DNA of 20,043 bases from Paraspadella gotoi (taxonomy: Eukaryota > Animalia > Chaetognatha). The position numbers and the translations under genes are program-made. Under the pieces are notes generated by a model, which searched no databases, was not told where the DNA came from, and saw nothing but the letters and a program-made list of their open reading frames with translations. This document shows, piece by piece, positions 1-9,649 of the stretch. The stretch covers positions 1 to 20,043 of the forward strand of contig JBJCIZ010000488.1 of NCBI GenBank assembly GCA_051294375.1, read 5' to 3'. Within the stretch, counting starts at the first letter, position 1. Each line of letters starts with the position of its first letter.

Positions 1-49
1 GGTATTTATGATTAATAGGAATTGATTATTGATTCGATGAATAATCAAT

Positions 50-140
50 TATTGATGCGCATGATAGTCATTCACTGCTGTGATGATAGTCATTCACTGA
101 TGCGATGATTGTCATTCATTTGATGCGATGATAGTCAATA
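50..140. repeat. Short tandem repeat (~22-nt unit, core ATGATAGTCATTCA)
   Basis: About four imperfect copies. Confidence 0.75.
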
Positions 141-159
141 AAACAACAAATGCGTGTAT

Positions 160-628
160 GAGTGAAAGAGAGAGAGAGGAGAGAGAGAGGAGAGAGAGAG
201 AAAGAAATTAAATCCACGAAATCTCGGATGAAAATATGGGATTTTGTATTGAAAAAAAGCGCGGAATAAATGTGAATAAAGTTTTAGAAGGAAAAAAATA
301 ATTCAGAATTTCAAAACAACGATCACGCAAGAGATCGGACAGAGAGGGACAGACACACACAGAGAGAGAAAAAGCGAGAGAGAGACAGCCGCTGCAGAGA
401 AAAAGAGAGAGAGAGAAAGAGCGATATTAATAATTAAAAGAGAGAGAGAGAGAGAAGCTCTACAGCCCTTTACTCGTTAAAGAATCAGTTAGTACCTATG
501 GCGCCGGACGTTAGCTGAGCTCTTCTCTTACCCAAAGGACCCGCGTTCGCACCCGGTTCGCTGGCATCGTTTTTTACATTAGTGAGCCCACATTATATCT
601 AAAATTTTTTTTTGTAAAAAAAAAAAAA

Positions 629-659
<31 letters not shown>

Positions 660-790
660 TAAGAGCTGGACAGACGCTGCAGAGCTGGAACTCGTTTTTA
701 GACAAATCAGAAGAAGCAGTGATGTGAGAAAAAGAGAGAGAGAGGAGAGCGACATATATTTAAAGAAAGAGAGAGACGAGAGCGACATAT
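160..790. repeat. (GA)n microsatellite-rich region
   Basis: Multiple GA tracts, with repeated GCTGCAGAG and GAGCGACATAT motifs. Confidence 0.8.
497..576 (+). other. tRNA-derived (SINE-head-like) Pol III promoter remnant
   Basis: A-box-like TGGCGCCGGACG, B-box-like GTTCGCACCC about 45 nt downstream, then a T-run; no convincing cloverleaf. Confidence 0.4.
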
Positions 791-829
791 AATTTTTTGT
801 TTTGTAAATAAAACATAACTAATACGAAT

Positions 830-999
830 ATTGATATGAAACATGAGAATTTAAGATCTTGATCTTAGAAGCCATATATGAAATTTCACATAACTATGAT
901 ATCACACTTTCAGAAGCCATGATTTGGCAAAAAGCGTGACCAAAAGCTAACGAATCAAAATCTAGCCAGGAGCGGCTTTGCCCGCCTGGCTCGATAATA
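830..999 (-). mobile_element. End of a non-autonomous Helentron/DINE-like element (stem-loop terminus)
   Basis: Reverse complement reads TTATCGAGCCAGG..GGCAAAGCCG..CCTGGCTAGATTTTGATTCG..AGCTT..GTCACGCT..AAAGTGTGATATCATAGT..ATATGGCTTCTA, homologous to 19760-20043. Family label is an inference. Confidence 0.5.
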
Positions 1000-1495
1000 A
1001 AGGATATTTGTTTGTTTTGATAAAATGTAAACAAAACATTTAATAACTGTCCTGACTCAATTTTAAGGCATCGATGGACAAGTGATAGTAAATTTATTAA
1101 TTATAAATTAATTAATTAATTATAATCTATTTAATTAATTAATTAATTAATCTATTAATTAATTAATTATCGTAGGCAGATCCGACATTGTTTGCTCAAA
1201 CTTGTTTTGCTCATGTTTTTCATTAATGCTTTATATTTGTTTTTTTTTTTGTTCTTGTTTTCATATTTTTTTGTTTTTGTTTTTACGCATTATCTTTGAA
1301 CGTTTTATTAACATTGTTTTTCGTTTATGCTTTATATTTTTTGTTTTTGTCTTTGTTGTCATATTTTTTGTTTTTATTTTTACGCATTATCAAAAAATAA
1401 AAATTATAAATTTAAAATAAAAACTATTGCTTCTCTTGACATTTGACATTTTTCGTTTTTTAGTTTTTCCGGTTTTATGATTTTTACATTTGATC

Positions 1496-1830
1496 CTTGA
1501 ACGTTCTTGAACGTTATTTTTTATAGTTTCTTATGAATTAGTTCATAACATTTATTAATGGTTTTAAACGTTAGTGACTTTTGTTTTTATTGAATTTCAA
1601 TATGTAGTTTAGTTTTTACTTGTTTTCCAGTCTTGAATGTTCTTGAACGTTATTTTTTATAGTTTCTTATGAATTAGTTCATAACATTTATTAATGATTT
1701 TAAACGTTAGTGTCTTTTGTTTTTATTGAATTTCAATATGTAGTTTAGTTTTTACTTGTTTTCCAGTCTTTTAAATGTTAGGGTCTTTTGTTTTTATTGA
1801 ATTTCAATACATAGTTTAGTTTTCCAGTCT
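1496..1830. repeat. 136-nt tandem duplication plus a partial third copy
   Basis: Near-identical units start at 1496 and 1632; partial repeat at 1768-1830. Confidence 0.88.
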
Positions 1831-1889
1831 TTTACACTATTACTGTTTATGATTATGTCAATACTGTTTTTGGTATTTGTTACGAAATG

Positions 1890-2515
1890 ATAATCAATAT
1901 ATCTCGAGGAAATCCAAGCTTCTCTACTTTCTCCTCGATGCTCTTTTATTTCTCTCTTACTAACGCAAGGAAATTCTATTTCTCCGGCGATCACAGCGAC
2001 ATCTCTAGTTTCCAGTTCTCCGAGAGGCAACGCATGGCCGATTCTGATTGGTTCCCGCGATTTCGATAGATTTCAGCCTTGATTTCTATCGACGTGTAAC
2101 CTCTCAGATCTTGTTCAGTCTTGCAATGCGTTTTCAATACTTTTTAAAGATAAAATCGCTTTTTTAAAAAAGAAACTAGTGATCGCTGAATTGGTGGACT
2201 TTCCTTGTGATAGAGGCAACCATTCTACAAATTTGGCTTCAGAAACAAGTAAGATAGATTCTTTAAACTTTATATATATATTTGCTGAGTGTGTATTAAA
2301 TGTTTTGTTATTCCTTGCCCAGGACTTCTAACCCTCACTCACTCTCTATTCAACTAGAAGTGCTGGGCTTCGACTTTGTCGTCAGATACCTCATCTTGAG
2401 CGTCAGACCGGCGCCATCGTCTCGTCCGCGCCATCTTACTCGAATTCCTCTCGTTTTGATAGCGCAGGATCAGCTCAGACAGTTAGTTGTCAAAGACAGC
2501 CACCTCTACGAACTT
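1890..2515 (+). repeat. Dispersed repeat copy 1 (possibly LTR-like or a non-autonomous element)
   Basis: Collinear blocks shared with 18917-19615: GAAATCCAAGCTTCT, TTCTGATTGGT, TTTCGATAGATTT, TTGGTGGACTTT, TTGGCTTCAGAAACAAGTAAGA, GCCCAGGACTTCTAACC, GGCGCCATCGTCTC, GTCAAAGACAGCCAC..CGAACTT. Confidence 0.85.
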
Positions 2516-3140
2516 TCTCTGCGAACGTTGTTCGGAACGGATAAACGAGGAAGAGATCGTAGACGATGATGATGATGATGATTACGACGATGATTACGGT
2601 TAAGAGGACGAGGACGATGATGATGATGACGATTCGGGAGGATTTGATGGTCATGGATTTTCTGGGGGAGGAAGAAGAAGAAGAGATAACGAATATTTTG
2701 CTTGCGATTGCTTTAAGATGGCTACTCTAACCATAAGAGACAGTTATAAGTTCTTAATATCGAGTCTGTCCAACTTGATTGATTTGCGCGTCGACGAATG
2801 CTTCAAGATCGAGTGTCCCGATTGCGACGGCTTTATGCGACAAGATTGTGACAGATGTCGCGGCAAGAGCCACCCATCCAAAATATTTCCGTTGACGGTC
2901 TCTCACGTGAAGAAAACATTTGGTCGAGAAGAGCTATTCAACACCGTCTCTTTAAAAATGTGTATGCCATTTAAATATTTAAATTTGGAAACTCTCGAGG
3001 AAAACCGTTTGCCCCCGAGAGAGAAATACTTTGACGAGTCGAAACAAAAGCTCATTTCGGAAGAGGATTACTTAAAGATTCGAGAAATATGGGATGCCTT
3101 GAGATTCGACAATTTAGGAGAATTTCTACTCTTTTATAAC

Positions 3141-3216
3141 GTAAGATAATATTATTACACAAGAAAATTGTAAGCTTTATTCTTTTTACCCTTTTCTCTC
3201 TCTCTCTTTTTTTCAG
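3141..3216 (+). other. Spliceosomal intron 1 of pPolB (76 nt, phase 0)
   Basis: GTAAGA donor, CT-rich tract, TTTCAG acceptor; removal joins FYN to ELDCTFLGDVFE in frame. Confidence 0.9.
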
Positions 3217-3323
3217 GAACTCGACTGTACATTTTTGGGGGACGTATTCGAAAACTACAGAAAAGTAAACAGAGATTGTTTTCGGTTGGATCCGTGCTAT
3301 TACGTCTCGGGGCCCGCTTTAAA

Positions 3324-3407
3324 GTGAATCGTGAAATTTAAAAAAAGAGATTGATTTTCCCCCCATTAATTACCCCTCTCTCTCTCTCTCTCTTTATTTT
3401 TTATTAG
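3324..3407 (+). other. Spliceosomal intron 2 of pPolB (84 nt, phase 2)
   Basis: GTGAAT donor, (CT)n/T tract, ATTAG acceptor; removes an in-frame TGA and gives an open frame through to FESMLR. Confidence 0.75.
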
Positions 3408-3497
3408 CCAAGATAATGCTCCAATTCTCGAAAGTAAAGATCGAGTTGTTTTCTTCGGAAAGGCGTCAAGAATTTTTAGCTTTGAATCTATGCTCAG

Positions 3498-3604
3498 GTT
3501 AATGCCAAGAAAAATAGTTTTTTCTTTTTTTAAAAATTAAAGTAACGAACGAATGCTCGAGTAAATAATAATAATAATTATAATTAAACATACCAATTTT
3601 TTAG
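3498..3604 (+). other. Spliceosomal intron 3 of pPolB (107 nt, phase 2)
   Basis: AG|GTTAAT...TTTTTTAG|A; removal rebuilds MLR-GG (the conserved IRGG motif). Confidence 0.88.
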
Positions 3605-3724
3605 AGGAGGATACATATCGGTGAATTCTCGCTTTCTTTCCGCCTCGTTGAACGAAGTTGGATACAACGATCACGATCCTAAATATCCGGCGCGCCTGTT
3701 GATGCACGAAGACGCCAACAACCT

Positions 3725-3805
3725 GTAAGGGAAAAAGAAAAGGAAAAGGAAAAGGAAAAAAGTTTTTGTTTCTATGTCTTTACCCATCCTCTCCCCCTCT
3801 TTCAG
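3725..3805 (+). other. Spliceosomal intron 4 of pPolB (81 nt, phase 2), inside motif A
   Basis: CT|GTAAGG...CTCTTTCAG|T; removal rebuilds DANNLYGYA. Confidence 0.92.
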
Positions 3806-4791
3806 TTACGGTTACGCGAGTCGTTTGGCCTTACCTTACGCCGGTTACGCCTTCGTATCGCCGAAAAGATTGGAAGAGATCCGTCGAGACGTTAGAAGGG
3901 GCGTGGAGGGATTGATTCTAGAAGCGACCCTTCGAACGCCCGAGCATCTCCATCACGCCAATGAAGACTTTCCAATCTTGCCGAGAAAGCGAAAAGTTAG
4001 GGTCGAAGATTTGTCACCCTTTAGTCGTCGTTTGGCGCAAAAGTAGATCACAAACTAGGCGCCGTGGAAAAGCTAGTCGCTTGCAGACTCTCAAAGAGAA
4101 ATATTTTTTGACGAGAGTTTAGCCTTGGCCCTCTCTTTGGGTTTGGAGTTGACAGAGCTGACTTCGGCCATAGCCTTTTGTCAAAAACCTTTCATGAAAG
4201 AGTACGTGGATCACTTTTCGCGAAAGAGAAAAGAGGCGACCACCCCGTTTTTGAAAAACTTTTACAAACTCTGCGTCAATTCGGTGTTTGGACGAACCAT
4301 AATGAACCGGCGCCTCTTTCAAACGGTCAAAATTGTTCGAAGTCCGGAGTACTTGTCGAAAATGGTTTCTCGGGTGGATTTTCACTCGGTCCACGTGATA
4401 TCACCAAATTTAGCCGTCGTGAAGCTGGCCAGAGTGAAAGTGAGGTTGTGCTCGCCCATCATGGTCGGCGCCGTCATTCTCGATGCCTCTAAACTGTTGA
4501 TGGGGCGCTTCTTTTTCGAGGGTGTCAAACGAGTTTTTCCCGACTCGAGGGACGACGCCAGGGTGCGCCTCGGGTCTACCGACACCGACAGCCTTTTTTT
4601 GTCAATAGAGACGAGGGAAAAGGAAAATCCAAAATCAAACTTTTGGCGCGACTTGGCGCGGCTGGCGCCCTGGTTGGATACGAGCAATTACGGATTGGGA
4701 CATCCCTACTTTGTCAACAATCCAAAAAAACTTCTCCCGAGGCTGCGAGCTTATTGAGAAAGAAATCGAGCTCGAGTCGGGTTTTTTAAAG

Positions 4792-4882
4792 GTAATTGTC
4801 TCATTTTTTTCACTTTTTCCCCCATCTTCCCCTCCCCTTCCTCATTTTTTATTATTATTATTATTTTTGTTTTTGAAATCAG
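4792..4882 (+). other. Spliceosomal intron 5 of pPolB (91 nt, phase 1)
   Basis: G|GTAATT, T-rich body, ATCAG|CT; removal gives NRARVGFFKAEHPDQYLASCINLLPKCYS, matching the GxFKxE..KxY region. Confidence 0.82.
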
Positions 4883-5955
4883 CTGAACACCCCGATCAAT
4901 ACTTGGCGAGTTGCATCAACCTACTGCCCAAATGCTACTCTCTCTCCCTCATCGACGAGCCGGCGAATCCCCCTTTGGCCTTCGGGGATGGCGACTATTA
5001 CGACGACGAAGATCTCGACGACGAGCTCCTTTTCCCCCCACCCCTTCCGAGCGATGAAGAGGTCGGAGGAGATATCGAATCTTACCACGTTAGACGTCGA
5101 CTCCCTTCTCCCCCGCCTCTCCTCCTCCGACATATCTTCGACCGGGAATTGGATTGGCGTCGCCTATTGGAGATGGCTGATTGGCGCCCGAAACACTTTT
5201 CCCCATCGTCTTCGTCGTCATCATCGTCGTCGGAAGAAGAGGAGGAAGAACGAGAAGAAGAAGAAGTCGCTCCGGCGCCTTCGGCGCCGCAGCGTGTCGT
5301 GTCGTGTCGTGCACGGACCGTTCGCGTGCGCGCCTTGCGCGCACGCGCCTCTTTCGAAGACGGTGGAAAAGATCAAGGCTAAGGGGACTTGCAAGACGAC
5401 CATTCGCCGAGAGTTGACCCACGAGAAGTTTCGAGAATCTCTACGTACCCTGGCCCCCGTCAGAACCACTCAGCGGCGAATCGACGCCGATAAACTAACT
5501 CTATTCAAAAAAACTGACTAAGAAAAGTCTCTCGACCAGCGACGACAAGAGATACTGGTTGAACAAATTTCAATCTCTGGCTCTGGGCGATTATCGCTCC
5601 GATCGTTGGGAGAGAGAGAACGAAAAGAGAGAGAGAGAGAGAGAAAGGAGAAAAGAGAGAAAAAAAAAGAGAGAAAGAAGCGGGGCGAGGAGGGAGGAGG
5701 AAGATGAGGAGGAAGGAGGAGGAGAAGGATAGTGGATTTTTTCTCTCTATTTTCTTCGTTGTAATCGTCGTGTATATATTATATTAATTAAGAAATCGAA
5801 ATCTATTATTATTATTATTATTAATTTTTATTTCTTTTTATATATATAAACATTCGGCGAGATAATTAGAGAAACCAAAATAAAAAAAAGGGGAAAAAAG
5901 GAAAAAATAGTTAGTAATAGACGGAGAGAAAGAGAGAGAGAGAGAGAGAGAAAAT

Positions 5956-6120
5956 TTAAACAAATTCGGGGAGCACGTTGTTTTCTTTCAAAAGTTTCTC
6001 CAACATGTTAGTAAGATCTTCGTCGTTGTTGTTGTTGTTGTTGTTGTTGTTGTTGCCGTTTTCATTTTGCTTTTTTTTGTCCTCCTCTTTATCTTCTTTC
6101 GCCGGCGGCAAGGTCGAGGG
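5956..6120 (-). pseudogene. Orphan C-terminal coding fragment (acidic, poly-Asn) fused to the truncated capsid gene
   Basis: Reads LPPAKEDKEEDKKKQNENGN(n)DEDLTNMLEKLLKENNVLPEFV-stop; unlike capsid sequence; identity unknown. Confidence 0.4.
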
Positions 6121-6979
6121 CAATTTTGTTTCATCAGTCTTCTCTCTATGTCCAGCTTGATGGAGGGTAAAACCTCGACCTTTCGCAGATGAAGTTGCAT
6201 TCGTTTCAAATTCAACTTGAAGTCCGGATCCGTGGCGCCGCTGAGGAGACAAAAAGGGTCGCCGTTCCTCACAAAAGTTAAGGACGATGTTACCTGACAC
6301 GGAGAGAGAGAGAGAAAATTTTATTTTCAAAATATAATACTTAACTAATTATTTATTTAATAATTACCTGGGGAATTAACAGTTTGTTTTTATTAAACAT
6401 CCCGTGATTTACGAAAGACACCAATCTAACCAGAGACCCGCGACCAAACATCGTGGCTCTGGTTTTAAACGCCGAGGCCGCCGCAGCCATCTGAGCTTGA
6501 TCCGCGTCGAAGTTGTCATCCAACACCCATCCCATGACTTTCATTTTAGGCTGGGCATCGAGCGAATAATTAAGCAAGTTTGTAAAGTAGAAGCGAAGCC
6601 GTAGGTCGAGTAGGAAATCGCTCAAGTTAACCGAGTTGATTTTGAACGTCATGGATTCGAGCATGGTCGATGCGATGGAATTGATGACGCTGCACGAGAA
6701 TTCTTGTCGGTAATGGCGTCTATCTGGGAGCCGTCCTTCTTTGTTATGGTCAGATCGACGATGTAAAAGGTAGAGTTCATATCCAAAATTCTGAACACGG
6801 GAGTAGTCGAACGCGATGACGTTGTTATTCGCGGTGTCCAGGCGTTTGTTGAGGAATGACGTCATATCGGACCCTTTCGATGCCTACAGCCTCGTTAACC
6901 CTTTCAAAAACGTCGAGGGCGCTCTCTACGCACGCCTCACCCTTGTGACTCCGGTCGCGCGAACGAGATTATCCGTCAT
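6120..6979 (-). pseudogene. Polinton major capsid protein (PY / double jelly-roll), N-terminal part only
   Basis: ATG at 6979; ESALDVFE..GIE (SELDLF-like), VINSIASTMLESMTFKIN, FTNLLNYS, VNHGMFNKNKLLIPQ|VTSSLTFVRNGDPFCL, LHLRKVEVLP. Frameshifts near the 5' end; similarity stops at ~6120. Confidence 0.82.
6294..6367 (-). other. Spliceosomal intron in the major capsid gene (74 nt, phase 0)
   Basis: CAG|GTAATT...(CT)n CGTGTCAG|GTA on the minus strand; removal fuses ORF 6353-6865 with ORF 5988-6272 exactly in frame. Confidence 0.88.
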
Positions 6980-7016
6980 TTTTTTTTCTTCTTTTTTCTT
7001 CTTTAATAAAATATTT

Positions 7017-7526
7017 TTAATCGAGGATTGATTTTTTTCTTTTTTCTTCCTCTTTTGCCCTTTCCGGTTTCCCTTTTATATTTTTTTTCTTCTTAGTCTT
7101 AGTCTTAGCGGCGGTCCTCGAAGCGAGAACGTCTCCGACCGCTTCGACAGCGCTTTGTGTCAATTGATCCTTAGTTATTTGGCCAGCTCGTTTGACGCCT
7201 CTTTTGAGAGATTTTTTAGGCGACTGTCCGGTGGAGATGTCGGTCAACGAGGAAACACCCGAAGAAATTGCCTCTTGCGCTAAAGCATCCCCGGTACGCT
7301 TTAAGGTTTTTTTCACCGCTGGCGCCGCCGCTTTGATGACTGGTTTAACGAGAGAGACGCCTCTTTTAAAGAATGGAACCACGACTCTGGCGAGACGCGA
7401 GAAGACCGATCCAATTCCTTTTCCCGTAGCTTGATATGGTTGGAAGGGGGCTAAATGACGTGGGGGGTAAAATTTTCTCCTGGGGAGCCGTCTTCTGAAG
7501 GGAAGCTTGATTGTTTTTATATCCAT
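7017..7526 (-). CDS. Basic core-like protein (pVII/PW-like) typical of Polintons
   Basis: Intact 169-aa K/R-rich ORF with YQATGKGIGSVFSRLARVVVPFFKRG (QxGxG[IL]G..F..L.R...P motif), located between the minor and major capsid genes. Confidence 0.8.
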   Translation of the reverse strand: MDIKTIKLPFRRRLPRRKFYPPRHLAPFQPYQATGKGIGSVFSRLARVVVPFFKRGVSLVKPVIKAAAPAVKKTLKRTGDALAQEAISSGVSSLTDISTGQSPKKSLKRGVKRAGQITKDQLTQSAVEAVGDVLASRTAAKTKTKKKKNIKGKPERAKEEEKRKKSILD

Positions 7527-7538
7527 TTTTTTTGTTGT

Positions 7539-8572
7539 TTAAATTCTTTGAAGTTTACGGCGAAAGTGTAAGAGAGCCCAGGTCAGTCCTTCCTAAAAAG
7601 TAAATAGAGAAAAGTGATGGGTTTTTATAGATAATGGGGAAAAATATTTTCTTTACCTCAAATATTATGGTGTGTCCATAAAAGTCTTTGATAACCATGT
7701 GTATGATATCTAAATGTAGTCTTTCGACCTCCAAGTAGATGGGGAAACTTGACGTGGACGAGAACGCGATAAGGATCTTCATTGGCCTTTCTTCTTTCAA
7801 ACGGGATCACTTTGAGCAACGAACTAAAAGTTGATGAGGTACGCCAAAATTTTAAAAAAATTGTGTATAGTAAAAGGGCGTTGCAAAATTGTAATTGAAG
7901 CGTCATTGCCAATTTGCCATCGGCATTTTCGTCCGTGCTTTTCATGTCGTAATTTGTACTGTCGCTAAATATCCTCGTCTCTTTGACCGTTTGACCGTTC
8001 GTGTCTATGTACTGATATTCATAACTTCCCCCTATTTTACTCTTTCCGAGTATCAGTTCGTTGTCGACCGTTGGAGAATTGTCATTGCCCATGGTAAACA
8101 ATATGGGACCGTTGATAGATATGGTAACAAATTCATCCTTTAGCTTTTAGTGAATTTTTCTGTCGTTGTTATTGTAAGAAAAAACCTTTTTAAGACGAGG
8201 GATTTGAGAGGCGATCAACTCGTTGAGAGTCTTGCAAAGATGCTCCCCGTCTTAAAATTCCCTTCCTGTATTTTTACGTCGTAAAATTGACCCCACGTGG
8301 CTATTGGAACGACTGGGTTGTCCGATACTTTGTAGAGAAAATCAAAAAGGATTAGATAATTTTCATCCGGATTGTGAGGATTCAATATAGAATTAACGTA
8401 TGAAAATTCTAAAAGAGCGCATTCCCAGTTTCCCCCCGTTAATTGAACGGGGTCTGGTAATTTATTCATAAAATCCCCGCTTTTGTTATCCGCAAAAAAA
8501 TTTTCCCTCGTCGACGTCAGAAGAGATCATGACGTAAAAATCGTCCTCCCCGCCCAAGAAGGTCGTCGACAT
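7539..8572 (-). pseudogene. Minor capsid protein (penton / PX-like), frameshifted, one intron
   Basis: ATG 8572; DDFYVMISSD..FADNKSGDFMNKLPDPVQLTGGNWECALLEFSY; C-terminus SLLKVIP..IKDFYGHTIIFE|EGLTWALLHFRRKLQRI-stop (TAA 7541-7539). Confidence 0.82.
7593..7656 (-). other. Spliceosomal intron in the minor capsid gene (64 nt, phase 0)
   Basis: GAG|GTAAAG...CTTTTTAG|GAA; removal restores the terminal LHFR motif. Confidence 0.85.
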
Positions 8573-9649
8573 TCTCTTTGCTCATCCAAGTGCCACGATC
8601 CGAATCGCTCGATTTCACCAGGTACTCCGTAGACTCTCCGGACTTACGACCCGATCTTAATTTCCGGCCCCCTTTTTTTGCGTCTTTACACAAAAATACG
8701 GTTTTCTTTAACGATTTAGGGCTTCCGCGGGACGAGTTGATGGTGTAGTAGGTTTTAGGAGAATTTTCCAATTGTAAGTGACGGGCGTTGTTTTTTGTAC
8801 TTTTTTAAGCGAAAAAATTTATTTCTGTTTCTTTGGGCGTAACCGCGAGAAAAAACTGTCCTTTTAATAGTTCGTTTGACCAGTTGACCAACCTTAAAAC
8901 GTGGGAGTCTGTGAGCTAAGCGGGCTCTGCGATCTCGTCGCGCTTTTAAATATTTCGACCTCAAGAATTCTTCGTTCTTAGGTTTATGGGCGAGAGAGGG
9001 GGAGAGACCGAAAAGACCAACTCTCGGGCGGCGTTGTAAGCCATGATGCAATATGGTAGGTACTTGGCAAATTCCAATCTGACATGGCGTACATGACCTT
9101 GTATAGATAAGATTCTATGGTTGAGTTAAAAGATTCGGCCAATGGAGATTTGTTTCCGTCGATGGATAAATTGGTTTTATTTCTAATCTTTTCAACAATT
9201 TGGCAAAGGCGCCGCTCCATTCCTTTCCGGCATCCATCACCACCCATTCCGGGGCGTGAAAGTCGTGGGATTCGATGATGGAGGCGAAGGCTCCGCAACT
9301 TCCGGCTCTCTTTGTCTTCAAAGGAAGTGCCCAACCCATTTTGGAAAGCCATCGACGCAAGAAATAAAGTAGGCGTAACCGTTCGAACGCGTCTTCAAGG
9401 CTTGGGCGTCGACCAATCTATGGCAAATTCTGAGTTTCTCCTTAAAACGTAATACTTTCTAAAGAGTTTTTTTGGCGGGCGTTTGTAATCCGTGTAAACT
9501 CTTTGCGCTCTTAAAAAATTCTCCACGTCGACTTTAGAAATTGAAGCATCTTTTCGACGAGCCGCTTGAAGAACTCTCGCTGAAGTGGAGAATCCTGCGG
9601 GTGTTTGGGGTCGTAATATATGTCCCAATGACGTTAAACTTATCTTCAT
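8517..9649 (-). pseudogene. Retroviral-like (rve / c-integrase) DDE integrase with degenerate chromodomain-like tail, several frameshifts
   Basis: PQTPAGFST..VENFLRAQRVYTDYKRP, FAID (D1), SKMGWALPLKTK, VVMDAGKEW (D2), KSPLAESFNSTI (E), PRFKVGQLV..FSRGY, EYLVKS....TWMSKENV. Confidence 0.88.

Larger units (their letters stand above)
2514..5732 (+). pseudogene. Protein-primed family B DNA polymerase (pPolB), 5'-truncated, five introns, frameshifts and in-frame stops
   Basis: Spliced translation gives IRDSYKFLISSL, FYN|ELDCTFLGDVFENYR (ExoIII YxxxD), LDPCYYVSGPAL, FESMLR|GG, HEDANNL|YGYA (motif A), KLCVNSVFGRT (motif B), STDTDSLF (motif C), VGFFK|AE..LLPKCYS, KAKG and KKSLSTSDDKRY, with stop TAG 5730-5732. 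In-frame TAA at 2601 and TGA at 4755; frameshifts near 4045-4120, 5360 and 5510. Confidence 0.93.

Noticed and set aside
497-576. Functional tRNA gene
   Set aside because: Only degenerate A/B boxes; acceptor and anticodon stems do not pair convincingly.
579-2569. Short ORFs 579-788, 1202-1420, 1794-2030, 1887-2069, 2300-2569
   Set aside because: Low-complexity or repeat-derived, with no recognisable motifs.
2601-4757. Alternative genetic code to explain the in-frame TAA (2601) and TGA (4755)
   Set aside because: Two different codons, single cases each, and TAA/TAG/TGA end other genes normally; nonsense mutation or error is simpler.
4119-5469. Antisense and alternate-frame ORFs overlapping pPolB
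   Set aside because: Shadow ORFs of a GC-rich coding region; only the pieces carrying PolB motifs were used.
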